A program made the translations under genes and the position numbers. This document shows, piece by piece, positions 1 to 10,360 of a stretch of 64,000 bases of DNA. The DNA comes from Squalus acanthias. Taxonomy: Eukaryota. Numbering within the stretch: position 1 is the stretch's first letter; every line of letters begins with the position of its first letter. The stretch covers positions 54,810,001 through 54,874,000 of the forward strand of contig CM059432.1 of NCBI GenBank assembly GCA_030390025.1, in the 5' to 3' direction. The notes below the pieces were generated by a model. That model searched no databases, was not told where the DNA came from, and saw only the letters and a list, made by a program, of their open reading frames with translations.

Positions 1-803
1 AAGTCTGGGACATATTTCGGTCTTTGTGTTGGGAAAAACTGGCTCCTCTTCGGTTGGCTAGGCTAGTGGGTTCATTGTTCTGCTTCTCTTATGAGATGGA
101 AGTGAGAAGTGCTTTTGCATATTAGAGTGGCTTTCTAATAGGTTCAAGTTCAACGGGTGCCTCAGGGTCCTCAGCCCCTTCGTCAATGGCCCCCCCCCTT
201 CCTTTTTCCAGGACTGTCGGGCGAACCCATACATTCTGGATGACTGACAGTTCTTTTGTCACAGCCAACTGCCATGCGTTCTCTGGAGTTTTAACAAACC
301 AGTTTTTCATGTTCTGCACAGGGCGATCCCATCACAGGGAAAATACCCTCAGAAAAATCCCATAAAGTCCACAAAATATTCTCGACTGAGTCCATTCTTC
401 AAACAAAGACTTTGCGATCTCTTCACCTCCTATACACCTTATCATGGCTTTCTCTTGACTGAATTGTCAATCAAATCATTCAACTGAAGACAATTACAGC
501 GGCCCAATGCTTTAGTTATCACTTGACCAAATTCCTCAACAATACTCTCAGAGGAGTTGGCCATCCTAGCTCTCGAATGGATGCCACTATTAGCCTGTCA
601 ACTATCTCACAGCTGCACAACTTATGAAGCTGATACAGCCGTCTCATCTAACAAAGGAAGTCTTATCGGCTAAAACACTGTCCTTGCTTTTCATTTCCAG
701 TGAAATTAAACTGACATTTCCCACCTTCCAACAGAAACTCAGTTAACAGGCAAAAACCAGAAATTAAAGAAATTAATATAAAATAAATCATTATTTCTTA
801 CAA

Positions 804-886
804 CCTGGGCCTGCAGGTGGTGGTGCCGAACATACTGTCAGTGTTTGTTTAAACCTGCAGGTGGTGGTGCTGAGCTCCCTTTCAGC
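804..886 (+). repeat. Two degenerate orphan units of the PstI (CTGCAG) G-rich satellite
   Basis: cctgggcctgcaggtggtggtgccgaacatactgtcagtgt and cctgcaggtggtggtgctgagctccctttcagc resemble units at 11.5-16.8 kb such as ctgcagggggtggtgtggagagccctgtcagtgt. Confidence 0.6.
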
Positions 887-2483
887 ATTTGCTAGCTGTT
901 ATTGTAAATGGTTCCCTCTCCTTAGGTACTGTCCCCCTTCCGTTTAAATCTGCCGTAATCTGTCTTGATCAGCTTGCAACCTTCCACAGCTTCATAAGCT
1001 TCAGCTGACCTAAAACACTGCTGCCCATATCCTATCTCTCATCAGGTCCCACTCACCCATCACCTCTGTCGTCACTGGCCTACATTGGGTCCCAATCCCC
1101 CTCCTAAAAAACCCAGCCTCAACCCCCCTCTGTCCTTGCAACCTACCACCCCATCTCCAACCTCCCTTTCCTCTCCAAAGTCCTTGAACGTATTTTGCCT
1201 CCCAAATCCATGCCCACCTTTCCTGCAATTCCACGTTTGAACCCTTCCAATCAGGTTTCAGCCCCTGCCACAGCATTGAAACGGCCCTAATCAAAGTCAC
1301 AAGTGACATCCTCTGTGACTGTGACCGTAGTGCACTATCCCTCCTCATCCTTCTCGACCTGTCTGCAACCTTTAACACAGTTGACCACACCATCCACCTC
1401 CAACGCCTCTACTCCATTGTCCGCTTAGTGGGACTGCACTCACCTGGTTGCATTCTTATCTATCCGGTCGTAGCCTGCAATGGGTTCTCTTTCCGCTCCC
1501 GCACCATTATCTCTGGAGTCCCCCAAGGATCTATTTCAATTTCTCATGCTGCCCCTCGGTGACATTATTTGAAGTCACAGAGGTATGGGATCATAGTGGT
1601 TGTGTTACTGAACTAGTAATCCAGAGGACCCCTCCCTCTGGCCTCTTACCCTCTCTAGATCTTTTCATTGCAAACTGCCGGCGTGACATCGGCCGTCTTA
1701 TTTCTCTGCCCCCCTCACTCACTCCAACCTATCTTCCTCTGAACTTGCAGCACTCCATTCTCTCAGATCCAACCCCAACATTGTCATTAAACCTGCTGAC
1801 AAGGGTAGTGCTGTTGCTGTTTGGCGAACCAACCTCTACTTAACGGAGGCTGAACGCCAACTCTCCGACACCTCCTCCTACCTCCGCCTGGAACATGACC
1901 TCACTACCGAACATCAAGCCACCGTTTCCAAGACCGTCACTGACCTCATCTCCTCTGGAGATCTTCCCTCCACGGCTGCCAACCTCATAGTTCCCCAACC
2001 CCGCACAGCCCACTTCTGCCTCCTTCCCAAGATCCACAAACAGGACTGCCCTGGTAGACCCATCGTTTCAGCCTGTTCTTGCCCCACAGAACTTATCTCT
2101 TCCTATCTCGACTCTATTTTTCTCCCCTTGTCCAGTCTCTTCCCACCTACATCCGTGACTCTTCCGACGCCCTCCGCCACTTTAACAGTTTCCAGTTTCC
2201 TGGTCCCAACCGCTTCTTTTTCACTATGGACATCCAATCCCTCTACACCTCCATCCCCCACCAGGATGGCCTGAGGGTGCTCCGCTTCTTCCTTGAACAG
2301 AGGCCCAACCAGTCCCCATCCACCACCACCCTCCTCCGCCTGGCTGAACTTGTTCTCACATTGAACAACTTCTCCTTTGACTCCACTCACTTCCTCCAAA
2401 TTAAAGGTGCTGCTATGGGAACCCGCTATGCCTGCCTTTTCGTGGGATATGTGGAACATTCCTTGTTCCAGTCCTACTCAGGT

Positions 2484-4146
2484 TGTGAAGGAATAGCCAG
2501 GATTCAGAAAAAAACACGATACTAGGAACAGATTTCTGAAATTATTAATAAATGACATACTGGGTTTAAAAGTCTGAAAGCCTCGGCGACACAGCTGTAG
2601 GCACAATACAGGCTTCTGAGATAAAGATCAGTTATTCACAAGTTGTAAAACACCACAGGCTTTGAAATGGGAATGGGTTATTGACCAAGAAACAAGCCCT
2701 GTTGATAAAGCAAAGGTTTGCTTCCAGAGCGTCTGAACATTGGAATCAAAACAATGGAATGACCCAAGTAAAGTGTTATAATCTAACACGTCGAACAGAT
2801 GCACAGAGCATTAAAAAAAACAAGTGCCTTTGAAAAAATGACATCAAGTAAGAAATACCTGTCGTAAAATAGTTTTATGTTAAACTTAAAGACAGGAAAC
2901 ACAATTAAATATGCAACCAATTGAGATAGCTAGAAAACAAGTAAACACTTGAGTTAAAGTGTTTTCAATTTACATATTGTAAATATAATACCTACAGAAG
3001 TTTTTGAAGAAATGACATCAAGTAAAAGAAATGTCTGCTGAACAAATAGTTTTAATGTTAAGCTTGAAAGATGGAGTCCCGAGGTCTGATAAAAACCAAT
3101 TGAAGTAAATTAGAAATGCATGAAGATACTAGAGAAGTGGTTTTAATTTACAAGTTGTAAAAAGTACACAAACAAGACAACTTTGAAAATATTACTTCAA
3201 TGGATACACCAAGCAATCACATTGTTCTTGTATTGAACTTGGAATACCATGGAGTCACAACGTCTGAAAATAACCAGTTAAAGTAGTATTAGAAATTCAA
3301 TAGAAAGACTTCGATAAGAATTGCATCAGACAGAAACCATTGCTGTCACTGTGTTTATGATGGTTTTGGAAACACCTAAACAGGACACAAGTCTAAAAGC
3401 TGACAGCTGAAATGACAGTAAAGAATAGAACAAAGTCAGCAAAGAATGACTTGATACAATTAGCTTACACAAATAGGAATACTTCAAAGGATAAGCCACC
3501 CAAAAAAAGATATAAAAATAGAGCTTTTCAGACAGAAAAGTCAGAAGTCGCTGAGAAGGCAAGCGTTTCTCAACTTAACAGACATTCTCTGTAAGTTTTT
3601 AACTTTTGAGTCTCGGGGATCATGGTACTCTTATTTGAGTTTGGTGGATATTCTGGATTAAGAAATAAGTAGAAGTGTGGAAATGTAATGAAGTTAAGAT
3701 TTGAGAATAAGGATCTCTGATAAGAAAATGTAAGCTATTTGTATTTTGAACGATCAAAGTTGCGATTGCCATAATAAATGTTAACTGAATGTCGGTTCTG
3801 TAATAAATCTATATATTTTTAGAATAGTCTCAAAGAGTATTTCTGTATCATCTTGCGAACTCAAATTCTGTACACTCAAAGGAGTTGCAGAATTCTGGGG
3901 GGTATTCCGGACCCTTATAATATCCGGACGGTTACAGTCTAGTTAAACTTACTAAAAGTACTATCTGGAGGACGGTAACATCTTTAGACCATTTCTTTCC
4001 TTTAGGGAGAGGTAGTCTGACCTTTAGACCCAATTAAGCGTCTTATGGGATCTGGCTACCGCTAACTTTAGTTGAGGGTAAACGTCTGGGGAATACGCCT
4101 GATCTGGGGTAGTCCGAAAGAGCTAGGACTTGTAATTATCCCTTCA
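2484..4146 (+). mobile_element. Probable solo LTR (1663 bp, ERV/Gypsy type)
   Basis: TG...CA ends with short inverted termini (TGTGAAGGAATA / TATCCCTTCA); 4-bp TSD AGGT at 2480-2483 and 4147-4150; TATA-like gatataaaa ~3510 followed by AATAAA ~3772 and ~3801; the Penelope rejoins exactly when it is removed (compare 37681-37700). Confidence 0.75.
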
Positions 4147-5537
4147 AGGTCCCCTCCCTTACCTCTTTTTCCGGTACATTGATGACTGTATCGGTGCTGT
4201 TTCCTGCTCTCGCCATAAGCTAGAAAATTTCATTCACTTTGTTTCCAATTTCCACCCTTCCCTCACCTTCACATGGTCCATCTCCGACTCTTCTCTTCCC
4301 TTCCTCGACTTCTCTGTCTCCATCTCTGAGGATAGGCTATTGACAAACTTTCACTACAATCCCACTGACTCCCACAGCTACCTGGACTACACTTCCTCCC
4401 ACCCCGCATCCTGTAAGGACTCTATTCCATTCTCCCAGTTTCTCCGTCTCCGCCGCATCTGCTCTGATGATGCCACCTTCCATACCAGTGCTTCTGACAT
4501 GTCTTCGTTTTTCCTCAACCGAGTATTCCCCTCTACAGTGGTTGACACGGCCCTTGACCGTGTCCGTTCTATTTCCCGCACTTCTGATCTCACCCCTTCC
4601 CCTCCCTCCCAGAACCATGATAGGGTTCCCCTTGTCCTCACCTTCCACCCCACCAGCCTCCACATTCAATGGATCATCCTCTGCCATTTCTGCCACCTCC
4701 AGCGTGATCCCACCACCAAACACATCTTCCCCTCACCTCCCCTTTCAGCATTCCAAATGGACCGCTCCCTCCGCGACACCCTGGTCCACTCCGCTATCAC
4801 CCCGAACACCCCTTCCCCTTCGCCCGGCACCTTCCCGTGCAAGCGCAGGAGATGCAACACATGCCCTTTTACCTCCACCCTTTCCACTGTCCAGAGCCCC
4901 AAACACTCCTTCCAGGTGAAACAGCGATTTACTTGTACTTCTTGCAATCTAGTATACTGTATTCGCTGCTCACGATGTGGTCTCCTCTGCATTGGGGAGA
5001 CCAAACACAGATTGGGTGACTGCTTTGCGGAACACCTCCATTCAGTCTGTAAGGGTGACCCCGAGCTCCCGGTGGCCTGTCACTTTAATTCTCCGCTCCA
5101 CTCCCACTCTGACCTCACCGTCCTCGGCCTCTTGCACTGTTCCAATGAAGCTCAACGTAAGCTCAAGGAGCAGCACCTCATCTTTCGATTAGGCACTTTA
5201 CAACCTTCTGGACTCAACATTGAATTCAACAATTTCAGATCATAACCTCTGCCCCTATCTTTTTTTTCCATTTTTTTTTTTTTCCTCTCTCTCACATGGC
5301 AGCTGTCGATCATTCTGCCAGTGCCATTTACATTTCATCTAGAGTCATCTTTTGTTTCTTAACTTGTCCCATTACCATCTCCTTTTGCCTTGCACCATCA
5401 CTTAATCTCTCTTAATATCTCTTAATCGCTCCTGCCTTCCACCCTATCACAGACCTTTCCTTTTGTTCTTTCCTCCCCTCCCCCCTTTCCCTGCCCCTGC
5501 ACTTGCTTAAAAACCTGTTCCATCTCCAGTTTTTTCC

Positions 5538-5574
5538 AGTTCTGACGAAGGGTCATCGACCTGAAACGTTAACT
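5538..5574 (+). ncRNA. Minimal type I hammerhead ribozyme in Penelope tail (GUU site)
   Basis: AGTT-CTGACGA-(A)GGGTC-ATC-GACCT-GAAAC-GTT-AACT: stem I AGTT/AACT, core CUGANGA, stem II, GAAA. Confidence 0.75.
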
Positions 5575-6918
5575 CTGTTTCTCTCTCCACAGATGCTGCC
5601 AGACCTGCTGAGTATTTCCAGCATTTTCTGTTTTTGTTTCAGATTTCCAGCATCCACAGTATTTTGCTTTTGTATTAGTAATCCAGAGGCCTGGCCTAAT
5701 GATCCAGGGACATGAGTTCAAATCTCACCAAGCAGCTGGGGAGTTTAAATTCAGTTAATTAAATAAATCTGGAATTAAAAAGCTAGTATCAGTAATGGTG
5801 ACCATGAAACTACCGGATTGTCATAAAAACCCATCTGGTTCACTATCTCTGACTTGTCTGACATCCAGTATATGTTGAGAGGAAATTTCCTCCAATTGGG
5901 AAGACCAAAACCATTATCTTCGGCCCCAGCCACAAACTCCATTCCTTTGCCATCAATTCCACCCCCCTCCCTGGCCACTGTCTCAGACTGTTTACAACCT
6001 CAGTGTCCTATTTGACCCTGAGCTGAGCTTCTGATCCCACATCTGCCTACTTTCACCTCTGTAATATCATTCATCTTCCTCCCTGCTGAAACCCTGCATG
6101 CATTTGTTACCTCCAGACTCTCGACTATTCCAATGCTCTCCTGGCCAGCCTCCCATCTTCCGCCCTCAATAAATTTGAGCTCAACCTAAACATTCACCCA
6201 TTCACCTCACTGGTGAGACGATGGTGGCTCCCAGTCCACTATCGCCTCGAATTTAAAACTCTCATCCTCGTGTTCAAATCCCTCTATGTCTCTGCCCTAT
6301 CTCTGTAACCTCCTCCAGCCCTGTGTAATTGGTAAATAAATTTCAATGTAGCTAAGTGTGAGGTGATGCATTTTGGTAGGAGAAATAAGGAGGCCACACA
6401 CTCCTTGGAAAATAAGGGGGAAAAATTTGGTTGCTTTGCGCCTCCCGTTTGCGCCCTAAGAGGGCGCTAATGGGGCGCAAAGCAATTAACGCCCGGGCGT
6501 GGCGATGTTTGCACCGCTCGTGAAATTGACCAGAGTTTTTGCGGCGGCGCTAAACTGTACCGCCACGATCTCCTGTGCCCACAGATCGTGACGTCAGTCG
6601 AGCGTGCAACGCCCCAGTGGCGCCCCGGACTGGATATTGAGTGGCGCCCCCTTCCTTTCCGCAAGCAACGACATGGAGAGTGGAACATTTTGCAGTCGGG
6701 AAGGGGCTGGGGGAGCGCTATTTAAAGGCGCCCTCTTCCTGCATTTTTTTGTCGGCGACATTTTTGCACCACTCATTCTGAGAGAGAGAGATTCTGAGAG
6801 AGAGAGAGAGAGAGAGTTCTGGAGCGAATCAAGGCTGTGTGAAGTAGTTTTGGCTACTGAGCAGCACTTTGCAGGTTCTTTTGGATTTGACCTTCATTGC
6901 TTCGATTGTCAAGAGACT

Positions 6919-7920
6919 ATGGGGGCTGCACTGATTCGGGGCATCGTCCTGCGCCTGCAGAATCGGAGGCATCAGAGATGCAGAGAGAGAGTGGCAATCA
7001 TGGCCAGAGGGAGGAGGGCCAACAGGCCTCTGCACAGGAGACCTTACCCTCCCAGGGTATTCCGGGAACAATTCTCCTACATTTATTTGTCTGAGGAGCA
7101 GTGTTTGCGCAGGCTGCGCTTCAGCAAGGAGGTGGTCACTGAGCTCTGCCACCTGCTGCAACCAGATCTGCAGCCTCAACTGAGTACCAGGACGTCTCTG
7201 TCGGTGGCAGTGAAGGTCACAGTGGCTCTGAATTTTTATGCCACCGGCTCCTTTCAAGCAGCTATTGGGGACATCGCCAATATCTCCCAGTTCACGGTCC
7301 ATTGCTGTGTCTGGGAGGTGACAAATGCCCTCTATAAAAGGAGACATCAGTACATCTCTTTCCCAATGACCCGGGCCAAACAGCATGAACGTGCATTTGG
7401 CTTTGCGAGGATAGCGGGCTTCCCCATGGTGCAGGGCGCCATTAACTGCACACATGTGGCATTGCGGGCACAGCATGAGAATGCAGAGGTTTTCCGAAAC
7501 CGTAAGGGGTTCCACTCCTTAAATGTCCAGTTGGTCTGTGACCACAGACAGCTGATACTCGCTGTCAATGCCTGCTATCCTGGCAGCAGCCACGATGCTT
7601 TCATCCTGCACCAGACTGGTGTGCCAGAACTTTTCCAGGCACCGCATCAGCCAAGTGGTTGGCTCCTCGGGGACAAGGGTTATCCACTCTGCACCTGGCT
7701 GATGACACCACTCCATAACCCCAACACCCCTGCCGAGCTGCGGTACAATGAGAGCCATCTCGCCACCAGGAACATCATTGAGCAGACGATCGGTGTGCTC
7801 AAGCAACGGTTCCGCTGTCTGGACCACTCAGGAGGAGCCTTGCAGTACTAGCCTGAGCGAGTCTCCCTCTTCATAGTTGTTTGCTGCATTCTTAACAACC
7901 TTGCAATCCTCAGGACCTAG
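6919..7920 (+). pseudogene. Harbinger (HARBI1-like) DDE transposase, inactivated
   Basis: Motifs GAINCTHV (first catalytic D appears as N), NRKGFHSLNVQLVCD, PGSSHDAFIL, LLGDKGYP, YNESH, RNIIEQTIGVLKQRFRCL; in-frame TAG at 7849-7851 followed by PERVSLFIVVCCILNNLA. Confidence 0.9.
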
Positions 7921-8521
7921 GCATTGGTGCACCACTGGAGGAGGAGGAGAAGGAGGAGGAAGAGCAGGAGGAAGAGGAGGAGAATGATCAACAGCAGCAC
8001 CAAGGCAGGCGGGAGGCCCACAATGTTGAAACTGCAAGGGCCGTCCGTCAACGGCTGATAACAAGCCGCTTCTAGGCCCCTACTCAGAAGATGGCTTCTG
8101 GCATGGAGAACAACATGATGGAAAGCAACCTGCAACCCCTATAGCCGGCCAAGGCAGCAATGATTCCAAAGGTCAAACATGTACATTTTGAATACAACAA
8201 CTTTTTTGTTTTACAAACTCTGTGTGTGTCATTTATTCATGACAAACTAATAGAAATAAACACAACAAATCATTAATTAACATAACTGGTTCTCACAAGC
8301 TGTAGATAATGGCCAAAACACTAAACAAAAGTTATCAGATGAACCTCGGCCTTTAATAAAAACATTCCCAACATTTCTTGAGACCTCCTACTTTTTGCCC
8401 TTCGAGGGTGATCTCCTTCCCTTGCGCACTTCCCCCCTTCCCACCCTACTGCTCCTCCGTAATGGGGCCCCAGTGGCTGCAGCAAGGCTGGTGGAAGGCT
8501 GCTGAATGTCAAATCCTGAGA

Positions 8522-10360
8522 CTACAGATGCCCTTGAAGGACGCCCTCGACGAGCTCTGGGCCTGGAGGCCCCGGCTGCAGACTGCACCAACTCTGCATG
8601 GGCGGTAAGTGCAATGGGGAAGTGACAGTGGTGGGAGCAGGAATGCTGTCATCCTGAGAGAGGACAGCACCTCCCTGCTCGACCGACACACTGGCACTCC
8701 CACGGGGCAGCACCTCAACATCTGGAGCAATCTGCTGGAGCACAGATTGCTGGCCTGCTGCGGCGCCGTGAGAGCCCCAGGGAAATGTGGCCGAACCAGC
8801 GACGATGGCAGCAGTCAGTGCTTGTGTTGCCTCAATCTGAGACTGCATGAGAGCAGTCTGAGATTGGATCACAGCAGCCAGTGACTGAATTGCAGCACTA
8901 AGCAGTTGCGTTGCGTCCGCCTGTGCTGCAGCGGAGTGCTCCACACTCCTTGCCAGTCCATCAATGCAATCGGGCACCCTTCCCATTGCACCCATGAGCT
9001 GAGTGTGCATGTTCACCACCTGGGTGTTCATTTCAGCGATGAGCCGCTCCTCCTCTGCATCCAGTGCAGCAGGACTCGCTGGCATACTCTCCCTCCGGGG
9101 AGAAGGCCCCCGAGCTTCCCTACCCCCATGGCGTTGCTGCAGCCCGCTGGGTCCTGGAGCTTCACCCTCATCAGACCCATCCCCCCTGCTCCCCTCCAGG
9201 GAAGACATGGTCCCAGTGTGGGCATGGGCTTCCTCGGGAGATGCTGGCGCTGAGGCTCCGGCTTCCTCTTCCTCCTCGCCTGCAGCTTCACTCCCACTGG
9301 CTGCTTGAGGGTGTAACCGGTTTCTGCGGTGGCCAATTTCCTATAGGCCCTGCCGCAATCGCCAATTATTGTAAGTGGTTTCGCCCCGCCCGTAGCGAGC
9401 ACGCAAACCCCCTTACTACAAGTTCTGGACGATAGGGATTACTGAGGACAGTTTGGAACACGTACAGCATTTTCGGGCTCACCCGTACAGTGTTTATTAA
9501 GGTTGACAAAAACCACTCCACTCAGCATACAGTACGAGCGGTGTGAACACAACAGTACAGTTTAAAACAGTACAACCCTGACTTGTCCAACAAGCCCCTG
9601 CTTTGCTGACTTATCACAGCCTAAAAACATCCTCCCGTGAACTAAACTATCACAGGACCCTTCCAACGCTAAACCCCCTCTGGTTTGGTAGGAACATACA
9701 GGCACCCCCTCACACAGCTAAGTGATCTTGTGGGTGTGTAGGCTTGGCAATGCTCACCTAGATTGCCCTTAATCTTGCTTGCAGCTTCCTCCCGTACGTC
9801 TCGGCTAATTGGTTCCGTACCGGTCTTGCGGCATGTGAGTCCCAGTCTGAGTCGAAGTCCATCTCGGTTGGAAGAGCAAGGCTCAGCTCCTCTTGACGTT
9901 CCGTTGTGGGGAGGGCAGGGGAGAGAGAGAGAGCTATCCAAAACGGCTCTCTGATATACCCCCCCAATACACAGACCACTGTCTGTGGTTTTAATGGACA
10001 CATGGCCTCAGGGAAATGATTTCCAGGCCTCCTCCCAGGTTTGGATGGTTTAGATCTCGTTTCGATCTCCCAGCCGATTTAACTTAATGAGCTCACCTTC
10101 TTCAGAAACAATGAGTCGCCAGCCTTGCTATTCATGACTTGGGAGTGGGCCTCTTGGGCCATTGTTCCCAAGGACAGTCCGTTACCATACGAATGCAACC
10201 TGGTTACGTCAGCCACCTTCAGCTTGAGTGTTTTTCCACAGCTTCCCCCCCCAAACAGCCTGTCCAGTTTTTAATAAGGGTACATGTTCATAATCTAAAA
10301 ATCCATGGAGTCTGCGCCAACTGCTACAAGGGCCCGTCTCCTCAGCTGGTGATTCACCAT
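8522..10360 (-). pseudogene. Last exon of Harbinger second ORF (Myb/SANT-partner type), interrupted by a solo LTR
   Basis: Minus ORF 8522-9208 is acidic then coiled-coil-like; the frame stays open upstream after removing 9312-10328, up to a TTTCAG acceptor at 10361-10366 (minus strand). Confidence 0.65.
9312..10328 (-). mobile_element. Probable solo LTR (1017 bp)
   Basis: TGTAAC...GCTACA termini; 4-bp TSD AGGG at 9308-9311 and 10329-10332; minus-strand TATA-like (~9955) and AATAAA (~9495) give orientation. Confidence 0.8.

Larger units (their letters stand above)
1628..5675 (+). mobile_element. Penelope-like element copy 1 (5'-truncated RT + GIY-YIG endonuclease, 3' pLTR), interrupted by a solo LTR at 2484-4146
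   Basis: RT motifs MDIQSLYTSIP, QIKGAAMG, RYIDD; ORF 4340-5245 with CNLVYCIRCSRCGLLCIGETK; 14-bp TSD tagtaatccagagg at 1614-1627 and 5676-5689. Confidence 0.92.
1578..5844 (+). mobile_element. tRNA-derived SINE split by Penelope copy 1 (pieces ~1578-1627 and ~5676-5844)
   Basis: A-box-like tagtggttgtgttactgaactag before the insertion, B-box-like gagttcaaatc after it; the two halves join across the TSD. Confidence 0.6.

Noticed and set aside
6604..6918. N-terminal part of the 415-aa ORF
   Set aside because: Runs through the subterminal region and a (GA)n microsatellite; the transposase more plausibly starts at ATG 6919
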